Part shown: piece by piece, positions 39,217 to 52,385 of the stretch
How positions within the stretch are numbered: the stretch's first letter is position 1
Layout: each line of letters opens with the position of its first letter
From: Octopus sinensis
Taxonomy: Eukaryota
Length of the DNA: 64,000 nt
Direction: 5' to 3'
Assembly: GCF_006345805.1 (NCBI RefSeq)
Contig: NC_043009.1
Span: forward strand, 44,702,001 to 44,766,000
Notes under the pieces: model-generated
The model's database searches: none
The model's input: the letters and a program-made list of their open reading frames with translations, nothing else
What the model was told of the DNA's origin: nothing
Program-made: the position numbers and the translations under genes

Positions 39217-39530
39217 GGAGGCGCAATGGCCCAGTGGTTAGGGCAGCGGACTCGCGGTCGGAGGATCGCGGTTTCGATTCCCAGACAGGGCGTTGTGTGT
39301 GTTTATTGAGCGAAAACATCTATAGCTCCACGAGGCTAAGGCAGGGGGTGGTGGCGACCTCTGTTGTACTCTTTAGCTCTAACTTTCTCTCACTCTCTCT
39401 TCCTGTTTCTTGAGTAACGCTGCGATGGACTGGTGTCCCGTCCAGCTTGTGTGTGTGTGTGGGGGGGGGCACATGTGGCACAGAAACCGGGAAACCGGGC
39501 CCATGAGCCTGGCTAGGCTTGAAAAGGGCG
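39217..39530 (+). repeat. tRNA-derived SINE family C, representative copy
   Basis: GGAGGCGCAATGGCCCAGTGGTTAGGGCAGCGGACTCGCGGTCG..GGTTTCGATTCCC head. Other copies lie at about 8048-8340(+), 19963-20347(-), 32700-32970(-), 34612-34915(+) and 48693-48985(+). Confidence 0.88.
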
Positions 39531-40600
39531 ACGTTTATCGTTTAAGTATTGTTAGCTATTGATTGGGTACTTTGAGTTGATATAATTTATCAATATATAA
39601 TAAAAATTTAGCGAGGCGAATTGGCAGAATCGTTAGCACGCCGTGCAAAATGCTTTGCGGCATTTCGTCCGTCTTTATGTTCTGAGTTCAAATTCCATCG
39701 AGTCGACTTTGTCTTTCATCCTTTCGGGGGTCGTTAAAAGAAGTACCAGTTGAGTACTGAGGTCGAAATAATCGACTTCTCTCCTTTCCTGAAACTGCTG
39801 GTCTTGTGCCAAAACTTAAACCCAATATATACAAAAAATTTACAGCTCTTTATGTTCTAAGTTCAAATTCCTCTAGGATCATCCAGGATCGATAAATAAA
39901 GTAGCTGTCAAGTACTACAAGCGATGGTAACAATTGATCCCTCCTCTCAAAATACTGGCCTTTTGTCTAAAACAGAATGGCAAATATCATGAAGCAATAA
40001 TTAATTTCTTCGCATGCTATTTGAAACCGCGTGCTAATGTTTTGAAGATATATAATTTAAATGAAGAATATTAGTAACCTATTTCCACTTCAGACTGCTG
40101 CTGTGCGATATTTATCGTTCAGTATCATTCCAGGACCTCAAAACCGTTTCTTGATGCCTTTGTTTACCACAATCACCAAGAGAGCATAACAGAAAGTATA
40201 CCGTATCAAGCATAACAAGAGTCCAAGACCCCATAACTTGGGTTAACCTAGTATCATGTACGACCAACGCTGAATCTCATTGAAAATGGTTAGCGGCATT
40301 GAAAGTATCAATACATTCCATGAATGGTAAGGATTTTGAACAGCATAGAATGCCAGCTCTTATACAAACTGCAGCTATAATTCTTTGCCGAGAGATTCTG
40401 TAGACAATCAATATATTCAATAACTGGAACATAGTACCCCACCCCCCAAAAAAATCGCACCTTCAGATTAAAAAAGTAATTTGAACTTAGAACGTAAAGA
40501 GCAGTAAATTTTCTTTATATATTGATTTCAAATTTTGGCATAAGGCCAGCAATTTGAGGAGGGTTAAATAAGTCGATTATTTCGACCTCAGCTTCGTACA

Positions 40601-40684
40601 AGGATCAAACAATTGGTGATATCTGACTCAGGCGGTATATTTTTCCTTGATGCTCCTGGTGGAACAGGTAAAACTTTATTTTTA
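40601..40684 (+). mobile_element. Helitron PIF1-like helicase motif I fragment
   Basis: RIKQLVISDSGGIFFLDAPGGTGKTLF; isolated 28-codon piece. Confidence 0.65.
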
Positions 40685-40889
40685 TGAATGTGTTTTCGTC
40701 AAAAGGTTCGCTCACTGTTGCAGATTGTTTTTGCAGAAGCCTCTTCTGGAACTGCTGCACCTTTACTCACAGGTGGCAAGCTTTAGACACATTGACAAAC
40801 TCTTTCACTGGTTCATAAAGTATTATTTACACGTATATATAAACCTGTGTCAAATGGCCCGGTACCCGAGTACCCAGAAAAATCTGTGC

Positions 40890-41070
40890 CAAATGGTCAG
40901 ATGAAGGAAGAATCAACAGGGGAAGAAAACGTCAAACATATGTGGACAATTTGCTTCAGGACAGTGAAATAGCAAATGTTCACAAATTAAGAACATGAAT
41001 GGGGGACCGTGATGGATGGCGTGCTCGTGTGAAATCACTGAAGCCTCCGGGAGGACGACCAAACTAAACT
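40890..41070 (+). mobile_element. RTE-type LINE 3' fragment
   Basis: GRINRGRKRQTYVDNLLQDS...MGDRDGWRARV, followed by a short aact repeat tail. Confidence 0.6.
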
Positions 41071-41906
41071 TATGTTTATAAAACATACTGTAAAACAGTA
41101 ATTAATTGATCAGAAATATTAAATTTCTAAATATCTCATAGAGATATGTACGGTGGTGGGGCGATAGAGTGGTTGTATACTGTCAACTTAATGTGACAGT
41201 AAGGGGGGGGATTACACCACCGCTGTTTAGCCCTAGGAAGCATCGACGCTTCCTGTCGGCCTTGACACATTTCCTGTGTCCTTATATATTTACGAAGGGG
41301 AGACAAACACCCCCAACAGCTAGGACTAAACAGCGGTCAGTAATTAATTGAGTGTATTTAATCTTTTATGTAAAAATGCTTCATTTGAAAAAAATGTTTT
41401 GTTTGTAAATTAGGAGTGTGTATAAAGTGGTTTTGTATTGTGCATAAAACTGGTATTATGTGCATGCTTCTATTGTTTTTGGTGCCATATCGTTTACATT
41501 GTCGACTGCTATGTCACGTCTGCTTTATACTAGGGCGTTAACAACTTTCAATACGTACACGTTCGACAAGATACTAACTAAATATAACATAGTAGAAAAG
41601 AAGACGAGACGGCTACGACTTGAATGTCGATCGAACGAGGTAAGTTTGACATAGAAATACAAAAGTCCTGTGTTTTATAAATGAAATAAAATGGCTGCCT
41701 CCGGGAAAGAAAACCCGGTTTCGCTGCCGGCGACAAGCTCAGAACTTGCAATACAACATTCATCATCTCTGATAACGCCAGTATTGATGAAACATTATGG
41801 CTGAATAAGAAAAGTTATTACTATGAATAGAAGTATTTAATAACCTCATTATTTTGTCTAGCTATACGAACTTTCGATCGATGCGTGTGTGTGCATATAT
41901 ATATAT

Positions 41907-41963
<57 letters not shown>

Positions 41964-42664
41964 TATTATTTGTAGTATCGTAAAGAGGCCAAGACAGTGT
42001 ATAAGCATACATGCACGCGTACACATACATGAATATGCGCATGCGCATACAGACGTCTATGTGTATGTGTGCGCGCGCGCAAGTATTAGATATATTACAC
42101 ACAAGCGCGCGCATACACACACATGCTAAACTATGTATAATTCACAGACACGACCAAAAGCAAATAATACCAACACATACATACATACATACTGAGATAA
42201 TGTTGCTATGGGTTTTCATTTCCTTTTCTATCCGCATCATTGACTCTATTGTGTAACAACAACAATAGCAACAATAAAAATCGCCCACTTTAATATGTAT
42301 GACTATTTCATCAAAGCCCAACACCCATTTAAATATTTAGAACAGCCAGCAAGGCCAGACATTGTCTAGTCTTGCAATAAACACGACCCAAAAAAGAATA
42401 TAGAGAAACACCAAAAACTAAGTGGAATAATTCGTGATTATGAAGTAGATACACCGAAAGTAGCAGCCAAATACCTTTTATGCTACATTCTATCATCTTA
42501 AATGAAGAAAATAAAACTGAATAATGTCGTAAATATGTAAAATGACTGGAAAAACTTAAATCATTGGTTTGCTTGTTACGAGATGACCTCGGGCTAAGCA
42601 TCAGTGAAGCGTGTTACAATATTTATAATATTATGTCCTTATACTGGACGTACATTAATCATTT

Positions 42665-43262
42665 TGAAAAGATATCTGCCCGTCCCCCCCACCCCCATTT
42701 TCTCCCAAATTTGTTTATTTAAAAAATATTTTGCCTAAACCCCCCGTTTTCGGATATGGAGGTTCCAGAAAATTGCCAAAAATCGGCATTGTGAAAATTC
42801 CCCCCACTTCCCCACCAAATTCTTACATTTTGACTTTTTTCCCAACACTAACCCTAACCCTTACCCTAAAACCCTAATCCTAACCCCAAAACCCTAACCG
42901 TAACTACAGAAATGTTTTGAAATTTTTGTCAGAATCGTAATGTCCGTATTTTCCCGCATATTTAGAAAAAAAAAAAATTCTTAAAAAAAATTTTTTTTTT
43001 TAAATTTTTGGAAATTTTTTTCAGAAGCATAATCTCCGTATTTTTACCACATATTTTGGAAAAAAAATTTCTGAAAAAAATTAAAAAAAGAAGGAAATGG
43101 GGTTGGGGAAGTGGTAATTCAAAAATACCGATTTTTGCTTTTTTTTTTTTTTGCAGATTCGTATTCCCCGTAACCGAAAAGGGATGGGGGCTTGTGTCGG
43201 AAAAAAATGTAAAAAAAAAGTGTTTTTTTGGGAGGTGGGGCGGAAGTCTTGCCATCATTTTT
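42665..43262. mobile_element. Long-TIR (foldback) MITE containing telomere-like repeats
   Basis: Imperfect inverted arms (cccgttttcggatatgg vs cccttttcggttacggg; caaaaatcggcatt vs caaaaatcggtatt) with C-rich left and G-rich right ends; CCCTAA-like units at 42847-42903. Confidence 0.6.
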
Positions 43263-43517
43263 ACAGACCTCTAAGGCCTTAACAAGAAGGTCCTTCGTCC
43301 TTTACAAATCCTTGACTGACGTTACCGGTTTGACCATCGACAAGCCAACTATTAAACGAGATGTTACAAATAAAACTGATTAAAAAAATTTATTAATTTA
43401 TCTGACCTCGCATACACATACATATACATACATACATACATACATACATACATACATACATACATACATACACATACATACATCATACATGCATGCATAC
43501 ATATACATACACATACA

Positions 43518-43550
<33 letters not shown>

Positions 43551-43999
43551 TAATGGTTTTATCTAAGGTTTATGAATAAAAAGAAAAAGGGACATTAAAC
43601 CGAAAGCTCAGCCATTACTGATTAGTAGAGAACCAGATTTATATATTTTTATACAGAAACGGTTGACAGTGACTTCGAAATTTATCACTGTATGTACGTT
43701 TGTATATCCATACAAAGATAATACATACATATAGTCATGCAAACACACGCACACACATACACACAAACTCATATAAATATATATATATATATGTATATAC
43801 AGGCGTGGCTGTGTGGTAAGAAGCTTGCTTCCCAACCACATGGTTCCGGGTTCAGTCCCACAGTGTGGCACCTTGGGCAAGTGTCTCTTACTATAGCCTC
43901 AGGCCGTCAAAGCCCTGTGAGTGGATTTGTTACACGGAAATTGAAAGAAGTCCTTCGTATATATATATATATATTATATAATATATATATATATATGTA

Positions 44000-44844
44000 C
44001 GAGGGGTACCCAAAAGTAACCAGAAACGGTCGCTGTGGGTACAGGCTTCCGTTGTAGTTCAGGCTTCCGCCGCTAGAAGCCACTTAATGCGACTCTCAGG
44101 CATCAGTCTGCCGACCAGCGTCGTCGAGTAAAAGTCTTACTGCCACGTGGTGCTCCTTCATTTTGCAGTGCTTCTCCCCAGTTTGTCGATTTTTGCAAAG
44201 GAACAGCATGCTTCCGTGAAATTCTGTTTTCTGCTGGGGAAAACGGCGGCTGAAACAGTTGTTATGCTTCAGACATGAGCAAAACATGGTTCTACGCTTT
44301 AGGAATGGTCACTTATCACTGCAACCTCATTCAGGACGACCGTCGACATCCCGAACGAATGAAAACATCATGCAAGTTCATGAACTGATTTTGGAGGACC
44401 GTCACCGAAAAATTGACGAACTTGCTGATATGATTGATGTGTCCTGCAGTTCTTACCAACGAATTTTGAGCGAAGAATTGCGAATGATAAGAGTTGCAAC
44501 AAAATTTATGCCTCGCTTGATCATGGAAGATGAAAAGCAGGTACGACTGAATGCGTGTCGTGAACTGAAAGAACATTTGGAAATTTGTCCAGACCTTTTT
44601 TTTCGAAGGTCATCACTGGTGACGAAAGCTGGTGCTACGGAATTTGCAGATGTGGAAGAGGTGAAGAAGAAGACGACATCACTTCGCAAGCGTTCAAGCA
44701 CTGCTTCGAACAGTGGAGATAGAGCCTGAATCGATGCGTTGCTTCAAATGGAGAATGTTTTGAAGGCAATAAAATTATAAACATGTAAAACTATGTGAAT
44801 AAAATACATTTGCAAAATTCCGGTTTTTTTGGTGTGCCCCCTCG
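44000..44844 (+). mobile_element. Internally deleted mariner element with both TIRs, inserted at TA inside a SINE microsatellite
   Basis: TA|CGAGGGG...CCCCCTCG termini; QHASVKFCFLLGKTAAET, ILSEELRMIRVATKFMPRLI and FADVEEVK. Confidence 0.88.
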
Positions 44845-46285
44845 CATATATGTTTGTACTTATGTGTGTGTCTGTGCATGTATTTGTTCCAAAACCCCCA
44901 TCACCGCTTGACAACCGGTGTTGGTGTGTTTACGTCCCCGTAACTTAGCGGTTCGGCATAAGAGACCAATAGAATTAGTACTAGGTTTTTAAAAAATAAG
45001 TTCTGGGGTCGATTTGTTCGACTAAAATCCGTCAAGACGGTGCTGCAGCATGGTCGCAATCAAATGAGTGAACCAAAAAATGGATAAAAGAAAGGCTAAA
45101 GTAAAAATGTTCTTTCATCCATGTCCGTATGCATACGCACACACTCACGAGCACGCATACACACACACACTCATATAATACATATATCCATACAAACACA
45201 CTCGCACACGCATACACACTTATGTACACACACTCTGAGATGATGTTGCTATGGGGTTTTATTTCTATTTTCTCTTTCTGCATCATTGGCTCTATTCTAT
45301 TCTGTAAAAACAACAACAATACAGATAACCTATTTTAATATGTATGACTGTTTCATCGAAGCCTGCAGCCATTTAAATATTTAGAACGGCCTACAAGGAC
45401 AGACCAGGCCACACCAGACCAGATCAAACCAGATCAGACAGTAAATACTGGTCGAAAGAAATATGGAGAAATGCCAGTGTTTAGAAAGAATGATTAGAGT
45501 TTACGACGTAGCATCGTTATTAAACCTACTGGAAATAGCAGTCAAATCTTGTAACTAAGGGGGTGCACTGGACGGCTCTGCCCCCTCACTATTCAATGGT
45601 GCGTCCCCAGATTTACAGTGATACACTTTTTTCGAAACTTCACTTTAACATTATTAGTGTCCACCCGGAATAATCTGAAGCACCCTCAGGCACCGAAGTC
45701 TGGCGATGGGCCTCTATTACATACCACCATCGGAAGTAAAGAAGGTCAAATTTAACAATGACGTCATTGTTTTAGAAAAGCGCAGAATGGGTACGGCTGG
45801 AAGTACTTTGATCATAGGTTTGCTTGATCAGGAACGACCTGGGGTTAAACAACGACAGTAACAAGATGGAGTATCTGAAGCAGTTATGGGCAAACTGCGA
45901 TTTGCTGGACTTTCTAAAATGGCACGTCTAACGAAAAATTATCTTGATTTTTTTTTTTTTTAGTACTGGGGCCCGCCTGATAAACAGTCATATCTCATGA
46001 GTTCTCTTTTCAAGAAAGGTTGTCCATGCCTGATTTAAAGTGTTACGTCTCGACACAGGACATAGTCTGATACTTGTTTCTACTAAACTAAGAACACTAC
46101 AGAAATAGGACGCAACGTTAGTCTTGTCTTGCAACACTGTAAATCTTGTCCGAATGGAACTCTGAGCAAGAAGAGTCAACGAGGAAACCTCTCTGTAGAC
46201 GATCAAATTTTAAAAATATCTCTCAGCTCTCCATAAACTCACACCATACCATCAGAGAAAAGGAAGGTGATATTGGGGAATGTAA

Positions 46286-46679
46286 TCTTTATATATAGAA
46301 GTAAGATTGTGTGTCTGTCTCCTACGATTTAGATTCCTAACTACTCCCACATTTTGCGGTGCAGTTTAACCAAAACCGGGTATCTTATAGTCGTGATTCA
46401 TATCGAGCCCTTCTGGTATTAGCGCGCGTCTATGATGAGTCTACGATTTTAAAAATAATTTACCATCATTTTTTTCCATTTTTAATGCATTTTTCGCTAT
46501 TATATAAGGGAAGTAACTCTCTAAAAATGTCTACGATGAGTCAACGATTTAAAAAAAATTTACCATCATTTGTTTTCCATTTTTAATGCATCTTTTTGCT
46601 TTTTTTGGCTATAACTCTATAAAAATGCTTTATAGTTATTTCCCTTACAAACCCGAGCAACGCCGGGCGATACTGCTAA
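46286..46679 (+). mobile_element. Non-autonomous Helitron
   Basis: A|TC 5' end, 3' hairpin CCCGAGCAACGCCGGG at 46652-46667, CTAA|T end, and an internal duplication of about 90 nt. Confidence 0.78.
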
Positions 46680-48149
46680 TCGTTAATATATAAAGACAAT
46701 GAGATTGCCATGGCTACATAGAACGCCTTCTTTATTATTGGTTTGCGTTGACGAAGATAGGAAGGAGGCTGGGCTGTGTCTGTGATCTTTGTAGGACCTT
46801 GGAGACTGATGTCATTGATACGGTTAATGTTACTGTTGAGCAGGTTTATGTGCACGACACCAGGAAGAACATATGGCGAAGAGGAAATTCAAAATGATCG
46901 ATGTTATGGATGGAGGAAGTGGACGTAGAGCTTAGTGTGTGTTCCGGGGTTGGTGGAAACTATATTGGTGACGAGAGGAGAGAGACAGGTGAGTTGAGAA
47001 TGGATAGATGAATAGAGATAGCACTAGAGCGGCCTGCCCTGAGGAGTAGAGGCCATTAGAGAAGGGAGATAGATAGATAGATAGAACAGACAGAGGTCGG
47101 AGTGTGTTGGTGAGCGGGTTCATGCCAGTCAATCAGGATGCTTTTTGTTTGTTTAGGTCCCTGGATGTCTGTATGTGTACAGGAAGCACCGTCTCTGATT
47201 CTGTGGCCACTATTCTATTGAGTTTTTCAACTGAGTTTTGGCGAAGATTAATAATTTCTGCTTGAAGAAATATTTTCTGGTTCTACGGAAGAATACCAGT
47301 TTTTGTTATACAGTCTTTTCTGTTTGGCGAAAGACTGTATAACATGTCTTGGGTATAAGTCTACTCGCTCAAGGCTGACCGGGGGTTGTAGGCTTACTCC
47401 ACGTCCTAGTTTGATATCACTACCTGACACAGACAGATGTCTTGAGCGGAGGTCACTTTGTTGTAAGCATTTGGGGCTTGGTATCCGCTTCAAGGACGAC
47501 CTCCTCCCATCCAATAAATCATAGAAAAACACAGATAAAGATAATGAGTGCTCTCTTCTTCGACTGTGCCAAATACCAGATCTTAAAACACCAAAAAGAA
47601 AACAAGGAAACTAGCAATTTTCTCAGCAATAATCTCCATGAAAATAAACTATTGACTCACATTAAACGGATATAAATAACCAAACGGCTTTAACTTTGGT
47701 ACGATGTCACGCATTTTGGAAGAGGGCCACGCATGGATATTAAATCGAACCTGTACAATTACCAGAAATAGAAAAAAATGATCGATCGATGTTAAAGGTG
47801 AAGACAAGTTTAATCACATATGATTAGCTGGTAACAGAAGATAAAAACACCGGATAGACACGGGAAGACAGAACCCTTAAAGAAAATAAGATAAACTTTA
47901 CACTGAAAAAAAAAATATCGATTGTCTGCTTTTGGGCAATATCAAAAAGTTAATTTTCTTTTTTTTTAAGCTTTATTCATCGATATGATTTCTACTCTCG
48001 ACTGAACACCAGTGATTATACAAAGGTAAAAATAAAGGGGGAGATAACTAATAAACGGGACATAAATAAGTCAGCTTATTGTCAAACAACATAAACACTG
48101 GATATAGCAACCAAAAAGTGAACAGATGTCTTGTTCTTCTCTATTGAAT

Positions 48150-48660
48150 CACGCCATATGAATTCGTGTAAATAGGACACAAGCAATTCATCTGATGTTT
48201 CAAATTGACATCGTAATTTCCGTTTAACACGCATTCACATATTTTCAACATTTTATGTGTGAACGTCCTTATTTGTTGGATCGACGAAATTTTCTTGATG
48301 TACAATCACTTCGTGAGTGTACACACCACCATTTCGGCTTCCATTGTTGTCATAGGATCGCCAGCCATCACTCACTATATGACTCCCCGATAGAATCCAT
48401 CGTTCAATCAGGGCAGATAAAGTCTACTCAGTACGATCAGGTACTTCAACTAAGAAACATTTTTTAAAAACTCTTTCTATACCACCGAATACCCAATGAC
48501 CATGAACAATCTTGTCTCGTGATTCGGCTAATTGAGTGATATTCCAAAATTCCTCCAAGATTGATTCGCAGTTGAGGATTTCAATTTCAGGAACAATGAA
48601 TTGCGGTGCCGCTGGTCCTCCACATGTCATTCCGATCGATTCCAAAGTAAAGAATGATGG
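48150..48660 (-). mobile_element. Merlin (IS1595/ISXO2-like DDE) transposase remnant
   Basis: HGHWVFGGIERVFKKCFLVEVPDRTE*TL...WIL.GS.IVSDGWRSY...VHQENFVDP...VHT*NVEN...KRKLR...SYLHEFIWR. Confidence 0.85.
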
Positions 48661-49232
48661 AACATATTTCTGTGTAAGTAAAGAATGAAAGTGGAGGCAT
48701 ATGGCCTAGTGGTTAGAGCAGCGGACTCATGATCGACAGATCGCGAGTTCGAGTCTCAGACTGGGCGATGTGTGTGTTTTTGAGGGAACCACTAAGCCCC
48801 ACGCGGATCCGACAGAAGGTAATGGTGAACTTCTGCTGATTCTTTCGCCACAACTTTCTTTCACTTTTTCCTCCTGCATCTAGCGGCGGACCGGCGTCCC
48901 GTCCAGGTGGGGAACCTATAGGCCAATAAAACCGGGTAAGCGACCCTTATGAGTCAGGCATGGCTCGAGAAGGAACAAAACAACAAAGAATGAGGACTTT
49001 CCTTCTTTTATTACTAATCTCACCCTTAATTTTTATTTACTCTTTTTACATCTCTTGACAGCTAAATCTACAAGTTTTTTTCCATTCTCTCTCTTTAATT
49101 TCTCTTATTCCTTTCAGTTTAAGAACGTAGGCTCGACACGCAAAAAACATTTTCCTTTTTCCGAGCATCAAACTAATACACTTGCTTGTTGTTCATACAC
49201 CTGACTTCGTCTTTTGTTTTTCTATGAATTTC

Positions 49233-49286
<54 letters not shown>

Positions 49287-49424
49287 CACGCACACACACA
49301 CATATATATTGATTCTTCATTACGTATATGCTGCAGTGAAGAAGGACCGAGACATCGAAGCGTACTTATGCGGATGCTTAAAAATAATACACATATTCGT
49401 AAGTTTACTTTACACACACACACA

Positions 49425-49455
<31 letters not shown>

Positions 49456-49604
49456 TACACACACACACACACTCATACACACACACAAACACATATACTA
49501 TACGAACACACACATATATCTGTATATAGGATGTTTTTACATACATTTTTTAGATAAATGGTTCCCAAGTACACTTAATTGTTTTTTAGACAGATTTCTA
49601 ATTA

Positions 49605-49643
<39 letters not shown>

Positions 49644-50299
49644 CGCACACACACTCTCACACACAAATTCATTCGTATATACATGAGCAGAAACATACGG
49701 ATAAACGTACATGCACGCTTACACACACATATACCCACAAACATACATAAATGAGCATATAAATAGATGCTCCGAATAATTAATTAATTTAGGTAATTTC
49801 TTTAATTAGTAAACAGCAATGTGATTCCGTGTTTTGCCTTGACTTCTTGATAATTGGAACAACCAAAGAATAGCACCAAAGTGTTTTGTTTATCCGATGT
49901 TTATCAATTAACCGAAATAAAATGGAAAAAAGGTAAAAAGGTAAGCACACGCGTGTGCATATTTATGTATCTATGTATGTTGATGTATGTATATTTGTAT
50001 GTATGCATGTATATGTGCATATATGTATGCATGCATGTATATCTATATTTGTATGCTTGTATGCATGTACATATATGTTTGTATATGCGTATATGCGTAT
50101 GTAAGCATGTCCAACTATTCAATATGCGTGCATTCACACATGTATGTATACGTACAAGCATGCATGAATATATATATCAAACTGCAAAGAAAGTCTTGCC
50201 ACATTTTAACTTAATCACTTTGGGAGTACTTTTTCAATACTTCCGATAAAATAGGCATTAATTTTTATATCCTAGTGTATTTTTTTAATTGAAGTTTAC

Positions 50300-51690
50300 T
50301 TTATTCCGTAGTCTTTAAATTCGTTCGATTTTACGCACGAATTCAAAAGAGGCTCTTAGGCAATAGAAACAGCAAGAAATATTCCTTCTCTCTACGGAAA
50401 CGAAGCTTCAAGCGTCCCGGACTTGCCAATGATGGTTTGGCCAGTGCCAGGTAATTTTTTCTCTCGTACACTCCCCTTGATCTCGACAGCCAAGTTCTTT
50501 CAATACTGAACTTCTGAAAACCGTAGCTGAGGAAAATCTGAAGCAAACAGCACGAGAATTAGCAAAACAGTTTAAATCACACTTCGATCTTATAACGCAT
50601 TCATGAACTAGGGAAGGTATCTAAACTTGGTCAATGGGACTCTCATTAGCTTCATCAAAGAGTTGCTCTCTGCTAGTTATTGAAGAGTAGGCTTGTTACA
50701 GATCTTCTCTTATGTAGAATAATCACAAGTGATGAAAAGTGCGTCCTCTATTATCATATCCAACGAAAACGACAATGATTAGCTTCCAATGAAAAAGGAG
50801 AGTCCATCCCCAAACCAGGGCTTAACCCGGCAAACGTATGCTCTGTGTTTGATGGGATATGAAAGGTGTCATCTATAATGAAGTATTAAACCAAAACGAA
50901 ACAGTTGATGCGGAGAAATATTGTCAGCAATTGGGAAGTATTGTAGAAAAATCTGCAGAAAGGGGCCCATGATTGGTCAATTCTAAAGGGGTGCTGTTCT
51001 TACACGATAATGCAAGGCCACATATTGCCCCTGTCACTCTTGATTATAGTACTAAACATGGACGCTTTGCCTCATCCTCCTTACTCTCCTCACCTCGCTC
51101 CATCTGACCATCATCTTTCAATTCATTCCAACATTATTTAGAATGAAAAAAGGTTCATTATAAAGGGGTTAAAAATAAAACTAAGCGTTTCTTTACTCTT
51201 TACTCTTTTACTCTTTTACTTGTTTCAGTCATTTTGACTGCGGCCATGCTGGAGCACTGCCTTTAGTCGAGCAAATCGACCCCGGGACTTATTCTTTGTA
51301 AGCCTAGTATCAGTTTCTTTTGCTGGACCACTAAGTTACGGGGACATAGACACACCAACATCAGTTGTCAAGCAATAGTAGGGGGACAAATAAACAAACA
51401 CATGCACACACACATACATATATATATATATACATATATACGACAGGCTTCTTTCAGTTTCCGTCTACCAAATCCACTCACAAGGCATTGGTCGGTCCGG
51501 GGCTATAGCAGAAGACACTTGCCCAAGATGCCACGCAGTGGGACTGAACCCGGAACCATGTGGCTGGTAAGCAAGCTACTTACCACACAGCCACTCCTTC
51601 GCCTATGTTTCGAAATCTGAAAAAATTTACGCCCGAAGGATCAACAATTTGTCAAATCGATGAGATCATGTTATCAATGTTGAGGGGAAA
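50300..51690 (+). mobile_element. Mos1-type mariner remnant interrupted by a SINE
   Basis: HEFKRG..A.ETARNI, ITSDEKCVLY, FLHDNARPH and HPPYSPHLAPSDHHL; the tail resumes at about 51600. Confidence 0.85.
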
Positions 51691-51759
51691 CACGGTGGTG
51701 AGTTGGCAGAACCGGTAGCACGCCTGGTAAAATTTTAAGCGGCATTTCGTCCGGCTACA

Positions 51760-52385
51760 GAGACAATGAGCTTGCTTCAGTAAGCTTACGGCGATGAAGC
51801 AATGAGTCGTACGCAATATTTCGAGTTGTAGGGGCGCTTCAAAAGCGGAAGAACCTCACTGAAAGACGATGAGCCATTTGGAAGAACTGCCACGAGCATC
51901 ACCCCAGAAAATGTGGAGAAAATTCATCAGCTTGTACAGAGGACCATCAACGAGAGAGCATTTGAGGGAGGACATTCAGCGAAAGCAACCGGGTCTGTGG
52001 AGTGCGAAGAACTGGATTCTTCAAGACGACAATGTGCCCTGACACCGAGCTCTCCTCACTCGTGAGTTTCTCACCAAAAACGACATGATATTACTTCCAC
52101 ATCCGCTCTATTCGTCATATTTAGTACCTACGGACTTCCATATTTTCCCCAGGATGAAAATACAGCTCGAAGGTCGCCGTTTTAACACTGTTGTCGAGAT
52201 CCAGAGCGAATCACAGAAAGTCCTCGACGCACTTACGGAAAACGACTTCCAGGGCGGATTCCAAAAGTGACAGGAACGCTGGGACTGGTGACTATTTCGA
52301 AGGAGATGATGTTAAAAACTTAGGTAAATAACTTATTTTTTTTATTAAACGCAACAAACCCGGGAACTTTTTGATATCACTTAGT
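51760..52385 (+). mobile_element. Mariner remnant (internal deletion)
   Basis: AYGDEAMSRTQ, PHPLYSSYLVPTDFHIFPRMK...GRRF and DFQGGFQK; TIR-like right end. Confidence 0.82.

Noticed and set aside
39217-39290. tRNA-like sequences at SINE heads
   Set aside because: They run directly into SINE bodies and lack a complete acceptor stem, so they are not tRNA genes.
46760-47530. Possible Penelope N-terminal or LINE fragments (similar pieces at 18330-18620 and 57120-57480)
   Set aside because: They look like decayed retroelement coding DNA, but no diagnostic motif could be read, so they are left uncalled.
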